A stretch of 64,000 bases of DNA from Octopus vulgaris (taxonomy: Eukaryota). The notes beneath the pieces are model-generated. The model searched no databases, was not told the origin of the DNA, and saw only the letters and a program-made list of their open reading frames with translations. The number at the start of each line of letters is the position of its first letter. Positions within the stretch are counted from its first letter, which is position 1. The DNA is taken from the NCBI GenBank assembly GCA_951406725.2, contig OX597821.1:51212001-51276000 (forward strand). The letters run 5' to 3'. Positions 37,358 to 50,324 of this stretch are shown here, piece after piece. A program made the position numbers and the translations under genes.

Positions 37358-37758
37358 TGTATGTATGTATGTATGTATGTATGTATGTATGTATGTATGT
37401 ACGTATTTATGCAATATATATATATATATATATATATATCGTGTTTGTGTGTACATATATAAAATTATATAAATATATACATGCACATTGAGAGATACAG
37501 AAAAAAGGGGAGAGAAAGAGGAGGAGAAAAAGAAAACGTGAGAGGAAACAGAAACAAGTTTAAAAGTAAAGTAAAATGTAAAAATGAGAGAGTGAAAGAA
37601 AAATCAATAAATAAGAGAAAGGCTTGAAAAAAGTCCGAAGTAGTTGGGGAGAGAGATAGTGAGGGAGTTGATAAGTGAAGAATGTAATGTCAGAGAGTGA
37701 GTGAAGAGAGGAAGAGAGACATAGACTGGGAAGGAAAGAGAGAGGGGGGAAAGATAGG

Positions 37759-37802
<44 letters not shown>

Positions 37803-37984
37803 AGAGGGGAAGTGGGGCAAAGTGGTGAGGATGGAGGGGAAAGCGGGGGGAAATAATAGGTTGTATAACAAATAATAGCAACGGTAGAATAGAAAGCAGG
37901 GTAGGGAGGGAACGGGAGGAAAAGGTAAAAAGATAGTCTTTGAGGAGGTGCTGGATGTGAAGAAGAACGGTGTAGATTACAGTT

Positions 37985-38030
<46 letters not shown>

Positions 38031-38076
38031 TAGACGAGCATGTGTCGAACGTATCACTTAATTCTTCTAAAGCTAT

Positions 38077-38210
38077 ATTCTTTTCTACTCTAGGTACAAG
38101 GTCCGAAATTTTGGGGGAGGGGACCAGTCGATTAGATCAATCCCCCAGTACGCAACTGGTACCTAATTGATCGACTCCGAAAGGATGAAAGGCAAAGTCG
38201 ACCTTGGCGG
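38077..38210 (-). mobile_element. SINE family A, 3' half
   Basis: cccagtacgcaactggtacctaattgatcgactccgaaaggatgaaaggcaaagtcgaccttggcgg. Confidence 0.75.
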
Positions 38211-38510
38211 TTATCTTAGGCCATATCTTACATATGTATACCATTCATCCTATGTATGTATGTATGTATGTATGTATGTATGTATGTATGTATGTATGTA
38301 TATATATGTATGTATGTATGTATCTAACAGTGCGTTTCACTATAACTAAACGTTCACACGCGTGTATTCACACACTTATACACACACGTGTATAAGTGCA
38401 GACCCTTACATAGATACGCACGTGTATGTGTATGTATATACATACATACGTACTTACGTGCATACATACATACAAATACACACAAACGTGCATGCATCTA
38501 TCTCTTTCTT

Positions 38511-38547
<37 letters not shown>

Positions 38548-38742
38548 GTATGCATAAACATACAAACACACACGCACTTATCTATATGCATGTATGTATA
38601 TATAGATATGTGGATTATATGTATGCATGTATATGTAGATATACTCTTTACTCTTTTACTCTTTTACTCGTTTCAGTAATTTGTTCCACGTCCTCGCGTT
38701 GTTGTGTTTTTTTTTTGTGCTTTCATGTTTGGATTAACTTTA

Positions 38743-38806
<64 letters not shown>

Positions 38807-38899
38807 CAAGTATATTTAGCTATACACACATGCACACATATGTATATACACTCACACGTATATATATATATATATATTTACACACACACACACACACTC

Positions 38900-38942
<43 letters not shown>

Positions 38943-39096
38943 ATACAGTGTGTGTCTGTGTGCGCGCGTGTCTGTGCATGTGTGTGTGTATGTGCTTGTG
39001 CGCGCGTAAATCCATACATGTATGTGTGTGTGCGTGTTTAAAGTGAAACAAGGAGTAAGATGACACTAGTGAAGAGCGAAAGTGTGTATGTGTGTT

Positions 39097-39144
<48 letters not shown>

Positions 39145-39474
39145 GGGAGGAGAATGTGGGACAGAGAGAGAAGAACGAAAGATACAGAGACAGAAAGAGA
39201 TAGTGTGAAAGAGAGAAAGAGAGAGAGAGAGGGGGAGAGAGGGAACTACAATAAGATAAAGTGAAAATGTGTGATTATTGCTTTTGTTGCTGTCCTTGTT
39301 ATTTAACCACAGGTCGGTCTCATTGAAATCGACCTGTGTCCAATATCGTTGCAAACAAGACCATCTTATATTGCCAGGTATAAATGACCCCTCCTCTGAA
39401 ATAGCCCCCATCTTTATAACTGTAGGCTCTTGTCTGTGGGAGATACATTGCTATTTATAGCAACGGACACACCC

Positions 39475-39985
39475 TATCTCTCCCCACCTCCACCTCTATT
39501 TCCTTCCCCTGTACTCCCCCTTCTCACTCCTCTCTCCTTGCCCTTTCCATCCCCCTCTCCCTCAACATCTGCCCCTTCTTCCTTTTCTCTCTCTTCCTTC
39601 CCTCTCTCTTCCTCTGCTCCCCTTCCCCTTCTCCTTTCACTCTCCCTCATTCACTCATGCTCCCCTAGCCACCCCTCCCCTTGTCAACCCTCCACTTGCT
39701 AACTATCTCCCCCTTGCTACCCATCTCCCCCTTGCCACCCTCTCCCCTTGTCATCCCTTCTCCCTCCCCCCTTCCACCTTCACCCTCTCTCTACCTCCCC
39801 TCTCCATTTTAACCTCTCCCTTTTCTCGTTTTGGCTTTTTCTCTCTCCCCTTCCCACTCTCACCTTTTCCTTTTCTTTCTTCCCCATTTCTACCCCACCT
39901 TCTCTGCCTCTGCCCCCCTTTCTCTTCCCCTGTTTCTCTATCTCTTTCTCCCCACCCTTTCTCTCTCTCTCTCTCTCTCTCTCTC
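39475..39985. repeat. Long polypyrimidine (C/T) tract with short degenerate tandem units
   Basis: About 500 bp mostly C/T; ctccccttg(c/t) units at 39660-39760. Confidence 0.85.
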
Positions 39986-40301
39986 CATATCTCGAATGAG
40001 ATCGACCGGGGTGGAGTTGTTTGATGGAGGCGATGGACAGGCTAAAGATAGTTGGATTGTAAACAAACAAGATAATAAAACGAAACAGCAGAAACATTAT
40101 GTGTGGAATTGAGTATATTTATATGTATGCGTGCATGTGTGTATGAGAGATTGTGTGCATGCGATTCCGTGTTTGATTGTGTGTATGTGTGTGTGTGTGT
40201 GTGTGTGTTTATGTTATGGTGTAAGGTGCGTATTTGCGTGCGTGCAATTTAGCCTGTTGCGTGTTTCTTTGCGAGTGATTATCGTGCGTGTTTGTATATG
40301 C

Positions 40302-40360
<59 letters not shown>

Positions 40361-42178
40361 TGCGTGTGTGTGAATATTTTATGTTTGTGTTTGCATATGA
40401 GTTTGAGTGATGGTCTTCGTAAATGAGTGTGCGCGCGTGCGGCGGTGTGTTTATGTGTGTATATGTGGTTATACGTTCGTGTGTAAGTTTATACCTGGTG
40501 GGTGTAAGTTGATGAAAGTTATACAGATAAGGGGGTAAGATAGCGGAACAGAGTGGCAGATATTAAATGAGAGAGAGAGAGAGAAGGGGAGGATAGAGAG
40601 AAAAAGAGAGAGAGGCGAGAGTGAAGGGGAGGAAGGAGAGGAAGATAGATAATTGGGAAGAAGAGAGGAGGGACCGAGGGATGGGAATAGAGAGAGAGAG
40701 AACAAGAGCGTGTGCGTGTGCTACAAAAAATACGCGCCTGTGTGCGTGTGAGAAATAGGGAAAGAGACAGTATATATATATATATATATGTGTGTGTGTG
40801 AGGAAGAGACAGAGATAGAGTGAATGAGTATTGAAGTGGGTGTGTGTACAAACAGTTAAAGTAAGAGAGAGAGAGAGAGAGATTGAGTGAGAAGCTTGAG
40901 TGAGAGACAAATGAAGCAAGGTGCAAGTTGGAAGACACAGCAACAGGCGGCAGAGAAATGGAAGTATTTTCTTTCATTCAAGTTGACGATGGATAATTAG
41001 TTGGACTAATTTCATTCTCTTTGATGAAGGGGATAATTACTGGAAGCTGCAAACATCGCTGCTGCTATTATTGTTGTTATTACTGTAGTGACTGGTACAG
41101 CCTGTACTAGTAGCTGTGGTGGCATGTTGTCTATTATGGTTTATTACTGTGCATGCCGGCTGCTCCACGCTCCGCTGGCTGGCCTCGTGTTACTCACTTA
41201 GAAAGTTCCGTAAAGTGTTTGCTTTTTTTCCGATCTGACACAGTATCAAATCTTCACTGGTAACTAAACTCAAGGCCAGTAGCTTTATTTATACACACAT
41301 ATACATTCCAAAGACACACTCACACACGCACACGCACACATATATACATATTTATATATATATTTATATATGTATACATTCACATACAGATATTGTTTAC
41401 GTTTGTTACGGTGACGTGGTATCATTGCACATTTTATTTTGTTATTCTGATTACTTTCACGTGTTTTTGTTTCATCTTCGTTTATTGACTCGAATGCGCG
41501 CACCTGTGTGTGCCTATGTGTGTATGTATGCATGCATGTGTGTTTGTGTGTGAATGTGTGTGCGTGTGATCGTATTTTGTAGGGAAATGTAAGCATGCTA
41601 AAATATAGTTTCATGTTTTTGAGGAAATGTTTTACAAGTGCACAAACAGCCCCACGAGTCGTAGGCAGAAATATACCTGGTTATTATAAAAAATATATCT
41701 AACTGAATGCAGGTATTAGCTTTCGAGGAAGACAAAAAGGGACTTGTATAATTAGATACGAATCCATACATGTTTTTACACACGTACAAATATTTACACA
41801 AATATATGTATTGGTAGTTCCTTTGTCACACTTTAGATAAATCGCTTTGCTAAAACTATAAATAAATTAATTTCTCCACCTTGAGTACGTAGGGTGTAAA
41901 CATCCAAAAACACAACGGCTGAGTTCTAAACACCTATTTTCACACCCTTCTCTCTCTTGCTAACTCTCTATCTCCCCCTCTCTCCTTCCCTCTCTCTCTC
42001 CTTCTTCCCCATCTCTCTCTCTTTCTCTCTTTCGCTCGCTCTCTATATATTTATACATACATATATACATACACATATACATGTTTATATTCCATTCTAT
42101 ATTATACATCGAAATTAATATATCTCTAAGAAGTTAATTCTACACCTCCTCTCACTTCCTTATACACCCACTCATATT

Positions 42179-42211
<33 letters not shown>

Positions 42212-42598
42212 TTTGTTTGTGAAATATGAAAGATAGGTTGAGATAGATCCAGCAAACCTAAGCTTATACTTGTTTTGTGTATACATGCATGTATGTGTAA
42301 ATTTAATTTCTAAACATTCTCCACCATACTTCACCCCGTTCCATAAGGAAATTCTTCAAAATCGGTAACTGATTGTAGTTACTTGATATTTTTATAGATT
42401 TTTGAATAATGAGTACCCAACCGAGTGAAGCACATAACTAGGATTATATCCAAAACAAAGAAGAAACGAAAAAAAAAAAAAACCAAAGAAAACAGAAAGG
42501 AAACTAGAATCGTTTGTAAATGTTACTGTGGTTGTTCTATTTCTAAACCCGAAATGATCATTTCATTTCAGCCGAAGAAGCGGAATATTTATTTAATT

Positions 42599-43376
42599 AT
42601 GAAACCTTTGTGTTTATTTTTTTTTACCTTGTTTCATACTCTTTGTTTCTTAAACGGATTAGAAGTTAATAATAACAATAATAATAATAATAATAACAAT
42701 AATAATTTAAGTAATATTAATCTCAACAAAAGCAAAAATAACAACGATAATAATGATAATAATAACACGGAAAAAATCTTGAGGATATCGGTTATTTTGC
42801 CAGCGAACAATTGGTATTCTTATTCTATTTCGAGGACGCGTCCAGCACTGGAGTATGCCGTAGAATCTGTCAAATATCGATACAATCTGCTACCAAATTA
42901 TAGGATTGAACTTTACTATAATGATTCTCAATGTTCCGACATTTTGGCTCCCTTGGCCGCCATTGACATGCGTAAATTGGCCCATGTATTCATTGGGCCC
43001 GTTTGTGAGTACAGTATTGCACCAATTGCCAGATTTTCCCCTTACTGGGGAATTCCTGTGTTGAGTGCTGGGGCAATGGTAAATGCTTTCAGAAATAAGA
43101 CTAACTACGGGCTGTTGACACGAGTTCATGGAACGTTTTATAAAGCTGGCGAGTTTTTCTTGAGAATGTGTTTGCATTTTAATTGGACGAAAATTGGTTT
43201 GATGTATGAACAATATGAAGACGATTCGAAAGGGATGTCGCGTTGTTATTTCACCTTAGAAGGCATATTTAAAAATTGGAATTCCTACTATAACACAGAA
43301 GTTTGGAATATAAAAGTTTATGACACTATCGAGGATTTCACCGAGCATCTTATAAAAGCGTCATTGGAGGCTAGAA
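42599..43376 (+). CDS. First coding exon of a natriuretic peptide receptor / receptor guanylyl cyclase-type protein (signal peptide plus ANF-receptor extracellular domain)
   Basis: Signal-like MKPLCLFFFTLFHTLCFLNG, then ISVILP...RPALEYAVE...LLP...DSQCSD..APLAAID...VFIGPVCEYSIAPIARFSPYWGIPVLSAGA..F..K..Y.LLTRV...HFNW...RCYFTLEGI, motifs of NPR extracellular domains. Donor GTAAGT at 43377 (phase 1). Alternative in-frame ATG at 42554. ORF residues after 43376 are intron/SINE read-through. Confidence 0.92.
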
Positions 43377-43499
43377 GTAAGTATGTCATAAGATTTTTCT
43401 ATCATTCAGTCGACTGTCCAGAAATTTTATGCAGTTTCATAGTTTTGCAAATTAAACATAACTTCATCGAAAGAAACATGGAAGAAAAGTATGAAGTTC

Positions 43500-43700
43500 G
43501 AATATTAGCACGCCGGACAAAATGCTTAGCGGAATTTCACCAATCTTTTCATTCTGAGTTCAAATTCCGCCGAGGTCGACTTTGTCTTTCATCCTCTCGG
43601 GCTCGACAAAAAAAAAAAAAATCCCGGTTGAACCCTGGGGTCGAAGTAATCGACTAGCTCCTTCCCCGCGAAATTTCAACCCTTATGCCTATAGTAGAAA
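43500..43700 (+). mobile_element. SINE family A (intronic, first of tandem pair)
   Basis: ttagcacgccggacaaaatgcttagcgg...gagttcaaattccgccgaggtcgactttg...ggggtcgaagtaatcgact, (TAT)n tail. Confidence 0.8.
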
Positions 43701-43702
43701 GG

Positions 43703-43734
<32 letters not shown>

Positions 43735-43955
43735 GCTGGCAGAATCGTTAGCACGCCGGGCGAAATGCTTAGCAGCATTTCGTCCGTCTTTACGTTCTGA
43801 GTTCAAATTCCGCCGAGATCGACCTTGCCTTTCATCTTTTCGGGGTCGATATTATTAAGTACCAGTTGAGTACCGGTGTCGATGTAATCGACTTAACCCC
43901 TCCTCCAAAGTTTAAGGCCTCATGCCTATAGTAGAAAGAATTATTATTATTATTA

Positions 43956-44010
<55 letters not shown>
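43735..44010 (+). mobile_element. SINE family A (intronic, second of tandem pair) with (TTA)n tail
   Basis: gctggcagaatcgttagcacgccgggcgaaatgcttagc...cggggtcgat...aagtaccagttg. Confidence 0.85.
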
Positions 44011-44454
44011 CATGTTCTGTTTTCTTAAAGGAGAGGTAAGGGTTAGAGGATAAAACGTGAACTTTTACTTTTGTGTATGATGCTGTGATTTAGACTTAGA
44101 AAATCTCTGATCCTCCATTGCACAATTAGGTGCAAACCATGGACAATAGGTTCTGTTGTTGTTTTTGCTGAAGCGATAGGCAGGTCTGTATTGCCGGGAA
44201 AATTTGATTTTGTAATGTAAAGAGCAGCTAACAAGACTACTTTAGCAGTCACGGGGTAGGGGTAGGAGTTACTGCTAGAAGAATTAAGAAACTAATACCG
44301 CCGTCACTGTCACAACTACTGTTATTATCATAGATACTGTTGCTGCTGCTGCTGGTGCTGCTGCCACTGCTCTTCATAAATATTTGTCAAGTTATATTGC
44401 AATATCGTTCGCGTCAATTTTGACTACAGTTGATAAATTCACAAGAATGATACC

Positions 44455-44534
44455 ATCACCACCACCACCACCACCACCACCACTACCACAATCATCACCA
44501 CCACAATCATCACCGCCACCATCACCACTGCTAC

Positions 44535-44591
<57 letters not shown>

Positions 44592-44704
44592 TTGTTGTTG
44601 TAATCTCGGCTATTTACAATCTGTATTTTGTTATCTATTCACCATTGTTAGCACGCCTGTTTTTGTTCAGTACTGCGATTAACACAACTCTTGCTGATTG
44701 AAGT

Positions 44705-44740
<36 letters not shown>

Positions 44741-44754
44741 AACTACTACTGCTG

Positions 44755-44840
<86 letters not shown>

Positions 44841-44915
44841 ACTACTACTACTAGTGGTAGTAGTAGTAGTAGTAGTTGTAGTAGTACTACTACAACTGGT
44901 ACTACTACAACTAAT

Positions 44916-44957
<42 letters not shown>

Positions 44958-45070
44958 CACTACTACTACTAAAACTAATTACTACTACTACTACTACTAA
45001 CATACTATTATCATACAAACATTGGTATCATTATTATCGTCATCATCGTCATCATCATATCATCATCATG
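44455..45070. repeat. Compound trinucleotide microsatellites (ACC, ACT, GCT, AGT, ATC)
   Basis: Visible; source of the poly-T/L/S/V ORFs. Confidence 0.9.
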
Positions 45071-45596
45071 ATTTTTTTTCATTCGGACACAAAATACTTC
45101 TGTTATCAACCTGTAACAGAAATGACAAATGCGAAACACATGTTTTTTGCTCAAAGGGTCAGTTGCGCTTAATAGAATCAATGAAACAGCGGGTGATGAT
45201 ATATGAGATTTGAAATCACGAGGAAGATTAAGCGCTTCAATCTCACCGGCCTACTTCCTCCAAACGAAAACGCAATTTTTAATTAATGAATTAACTGTAT
45301 TTTTGCGAAATTTGATTAGAAGTTTAATATACGAAAGGGATTGCCAAAAGATTGCTGTTTAAACACCATAATTTTCAAATCGAGTAACACGTTTTATACA
45401 TAGTTACTGGTGCGGTTACCTGAACCCGCTTAACAGCTGATAAGCACTATAACTGCTTATAGCATTTGAAAGTTTGTTTGCTGTAGATCAGTTTCTTGAA
45501 AGTGCGTGGTGAAACTATTGACTTTCACTACCGTGCAACGTCTTACTCATGAAACAATCTTCGTTTTCTGTTCTCCATCTATAAATATAAGTCACA

Positions 45597-45920
45597 AGCG
45601 AGGCTAGGCTGTGTGGTAAGCAGCTTGCTTGCCAGCTACATAGCTCCGGTTTCAATCCCAATGTGCGGTCCCTTGAACAAGTGTCTTCTACTATAGCCTC
45701 GGGCCGAACAAAGCCTTGTGAGTGGATTTGGTAGACGTAAACTGAAAAAAGCTCGTCTATATATATATATATATATATATAATATGTGTGTGTGTATATA
45801 CACATATATACATATACAGGCATATATACACACACACACATATATATATACATATATATATATACATATACATACATATATATACACATATACATATATA
45901 TATAAATATATATATGCATA

Positions 45921-45972
<52 letters not shown>

Positions 45973-46026
45973 TATATACATACATATATATATATGCATA
46001 TAAATATATATATATACATATATATA

Positions 46027-46071
<45 letters not shown>

Positions 46072-46239
46072 AATATATATATACATATATATTCACATAT
46101 TCATATATTCATACATAAATATATATACATATATATTCACATATTCATATATTCATACATAAATACATATATACACGTATATATACATATATTCAAACAT
46201 AAATACATATATATAAATATATATATATATATAAATAAG

Positions 46240-46315
<76 letters not shown>

Positions 46316-46525
46316 TTTGTATCTGTGTTTGTATTCCCCCCCCCACCGCTTGACAATCAGTATTGCTGTATTTACTTCCCGTAACGTAGCAGTTCAACAA
46401 AAGAGCCTGATAGAATAAGTATCACGCTTTAAACATATATCCTGGGTTCGATTTGTTCCGCTGAAGCATTTCAAGGTGGTGCTCCAGTATGGCTACAGAT
46501 AAATGACTGAAAAGAATAAAAGATG
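45597..46525 (+). mobile_element. SINE family B with expanded internal (TA)/(TG) microsatellite
   Basis: Head 45597-45757 (ggctgtgtggtaag...aaagccttgtgagtggatttggtagacg); 3' half about 46312-46525. Confidence 0.8.
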
Positions 46526-46766
46526 TTATTTTCATCTTCGCTTCCATATTTGCAGGATTCCTTACAAAACAATTTGACGATTCTTGTTACCTGTAGATTA
46601 CACTCATCTAATTTACCCTTATACCTTACTCGTTCTGGTACTGGTCTTTAACTCATTCTACAGTAACTTAAATAGTACGTGTAGCAACAACACCTTTCTC
46701 TCACTATGTCTGTTGGTTTCTCATTGACATTCTCTCCCCATCTCAGTACTTCTTTCTTTATTTTAC

Positions 46767-46797
<31 letters not shown>

Positions 46798-46835
46798 AAT
46801 GTATATGTATAAATAAATATATATGTATGTATATA

Positions 46836-47399
46836 TTGGGTTGTTCGGAAAGTTCGTGCCGAATTTTAAAGGAAAGAAAATGGTCAATAAATACTTGCCA
46901 TTACATTTTTAATCAACCAAATATGAATCATTTCGTTGCACATTGCGTCTCTATCTTTCCTTGAACTTGAAAATACCTTCTTCCTAGAATTGAAGTGCTT
47001 TCATGGCAAACAATTCATCAGGGTATCTTTTTATGTCATTAAAGGAATTGAAATTTGTACCATTAACACTATTCTGCAGACCTGAATAAGTGGAAATCTG
47101 AAGGAGCAATATCTGGTGAATATGGAGTGTGCGGTAACACATCCCAGCTGAGCTGCAGCAATTTTTGTCTGGTTCGCAAAGCATCAAGTGCCGAAAATAA
47201 ACTTGCTTATCTTCCATTTTAAAGGGTAACAGAATTAACACAGGTTATAGGAATATAGACCTTCTTCCACGAAAAGATAGCTTAAACAGTGCTTTAAATA
47301 GAGGTGTAGGCAAATCCTATTTTATGGACTCAACCATGTTCTAAAATGAGTCGAAATATAAGCTACTATAAATCGGCACGAACTTTCCGGACAACCCAA
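46836..47399 (-). mobile_element. Internally deleted mariner element (564 bp)
   Basis: TIRs ttgggttgttcggaaagttcgtgccga / tcggcacgaactttccggacaacccaa with TA on both sides; N-terminal MEDKQVYFRHLML joined to a C-terminal PYSPDIAPSDFHLF...LQNSVNGTNF segment. Confidence 0.88.
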
Positions 47400-47836
47400 T
47401 ATACAAATAAATATATATGTATGTATGTATATATATATGTGTGTGTGTATATATATATACATGTATATACATACATATATATATATATGCATGTATATAT
47501 ATATATATATACATATACATGTACATCTAAACTCATACACATGCACACACACACATACATGTATATGTGTATGCGTGTGTACATATATACACATGCATAT
47601 GTACACATACTTATATACGTGAGTACAGGTTCTAGTATCAATTTGTTCGACTGAAACCTTCAAGGCTGTGCCCCAAGATGGCCGAAGTCCAGTGACTGAA
47701 ACAAGAAGTAATATATGTATATGAGATATATGGGGGCATAATAAACATATATTGAGACATTTCCCATAGAGAACTGAAAACTCACTACACGCAAACGTAC
47801 ATACATACTTGTAAGTCTATAACTATCTCTCTCTCC

Positions 47837-47939
<103 letters not shown>

Positions 47940-48405
47940 TGAAGTAAGCCCAAGATTAGAGATGTCTGTATTGCATTTCTCATCCGTTACTCTCGCCTCA
48001 TCAATTTATGATTCATACGTATCATGAGTATAAATAATTGTATAATATTGGAGAATACGACGTATATCATACTGTAGCTTTACATAATCATTTATATCCA
48101 ACCATGTATTGTTGAAACAATCGTAATGGAGGAACAAATGTAATACTATTATTGTCCCTAATATATTGCACTCCGCAGCTTATATAGTCTACTCGGAATT
48201 TCAGTTTTATGTGGAACTAATTTTCTGCAAGGAAAACGCCTACTTAAACGGACGTTGTTAGCCTGTATTCTCAGGAAATGCTAACTGAAGCAACTGCTCG
48301 ACTTGTGCCTAAAATAATACACCATGTTTGTTATTCTCTCACCTGTCACTGTCATTGTTTTTTTCTTGCTTTTTTTTTTTTGTAAAATTTGAACCATATA
48401 CATAG

Positions 48406-48455
<50 letters not shown>

Positions 48456-48466
48456 TTGTGTGTGTG

Positions 48467-48660
48467 CCACTATGATTGGCCGCTAACTCCACAACTGTTT
48501 TATCTTTATTCTCTCTCTGTTTATTTCATCGTGTTCCTTTCTGTTGAAGAGTTTACGCTCGAAACGTAAAAGACTTTCTCACTTTCCCGAGCATCAAACT
48601 AATATACCTGTTTGTTGTTTATACATCTGTCTTGGTCTTTTGATTTTTCTGTAAATTTCA
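48467..48660 (+). mobile_element. GAGC-stem HHR-like short element
   Basis: CTTT-CTGTTGA-A-GAGT-TTAC-GCTC-GAAAC-GTA-AAAG at 48537-48572; ends in (TA)n. Confidence 0.7.
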
Positions 48661-48713
<53 letters not shown>

Positions 48714-48747
48714 ATCTATGTTTGGGTGTGTATTTGTGTGTATGTGC

Positions 48748-48794
<47 letters not shown>

Positions 48795-48900
48795 CATTTG
48801 TATGTATATATGTATGCATACATACATACCTACATCCATATATATGGATACATACATACATACCTACATCCATATATATATACATATATATATATATGTA

Positions 48901-48935
<35 letters not shown>

Positions 48936-50324
48936 GTATATGTATATTACACAATTCCTCCGTCATATTGATTTCAAATATAGATGCAAGAAGACGAATG
49001 TTAGGGATAGAATTTTTGCTTGTCGTATTTTGTCTGGTAGGACTTTCTGTTACTGACCTCATAAGGCCCAAAAGAAATACGGATTTTCGAGGTTTTTCAA
49101 TTCAGTGATTTTGACAATAAAGCATTGCTCTGCTTGTTACTTTTGGGATCTCTCTTGATCGTTCTCTTCCTCAAACTGTAAGAAGAGATGGGGACGTAGT
49201 GTTGTCAATTGTGCTGTAGGTAATGTATGTGATAGCAAAAATACAGTCTTAATGAAACCAGCCTGACGATCGCTATGCCGTCAAAATTTAACCACGATAG
49301 AAACCTGAAGTTACTTTTATATTCAACATATTGCGTTCTCTTTTCTTCATCGGATCAACCCCGGATCAGGGCTGAACAACCACGTCACTAATAACATGTA
49401 GACCACCTGACGAGAGGCCACCAAGTGTTCGTTGGGACTATTAGGAAAAACAGGATATAGTACCTCAAATTTGTAAATTTGAGGTAGCAACACATTGACT
49501 GTTAAAGTCCAAGATAGACAATGCGAGTGAAAAGGTATGATTGGTTATGATTTCATGTTTGATATATCGAGATACATTTGGCTACAACTATACCCACAAA
49601 CACTTCAGAAACAACACATAATCAACAACAATAACAACACGACAATGATATTCAAAAACAAGAATATCAACCATGTCAACAACGACAGCAGCACAACTGC
49701 AATAACAACAACAATAACAACAGCAACAAAAACACCAACAACAAGTGTAACATTATCAACATCAATAAAATCTCAATAACGGTGGAATTATGAATAGCAG
49801 CAACAACAATAGCCACAAGAACAACATGAACAGTAATAACAAGAAGAACAAGATCAAGAATAAAACAACAGCAATAACGCTAACAGCAGCAACAACTACA
49901 AAATCAACAAAACACTCAAATGCAATGACAACAATATCATCATCATCATCATCAACAGGAGAAGTAGCAGCATCAACAACGACAATGCCACCAACAATAA
50001 AGATGACAGAATCATCAGCGCCTACAACGGTTTCTTACATCCCTGAATTCTAAAACTGCTGTGGGAAAATCTCGAGGGCGCAATTGTAGGGTTACTGCTG
50101 AAGCATGAAGTTTTGTAGATGCTGCCGTTTATTATTTCGTTGTATGTTATTCCATTTATTATCAAAGGCATTCCATATTTGACAATCTCAGGTGTTTAAC
50201 CTTTGTAAATCGGAATGATTTATTCAATTCTTCCTCGATTTTTATTTCATTTATGTTTTTAAAGATAGGATACTTGATTGTGATGTCAAGAACACTTAAC
50301 TGCTATTTCAGTTATTTCGGTGAC

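Noticed and set aside
42425-42553. N-terminal extension of the 410-aa ORF
   Set aside because: Starts at GTG, runs through poly-A and lies upstream of the signal peptide; likely 5' UTR.
43377-43657. C-terminal part of the 410-aa ORF
   Set aside because: Follows a consensus GTAAGT donor and reads into a SINE (HSEFKFRRGRLCLSS also appears in ORF 27914..28132).
44679-45000. Poly-T, poly-L, poly-S and poly-V ORFs (also 30432-30896, 54049-54370, 61663-62136)
   Set aside because: Trinucleotide microsatellites open in several frames on both strands; no domain content.
49262-49313. CTGACGA...GAAAC-CTGAA-GTT as a hammerhead
   Set aside because: Stem II is out of register, no stem I, and no second copy in the window.
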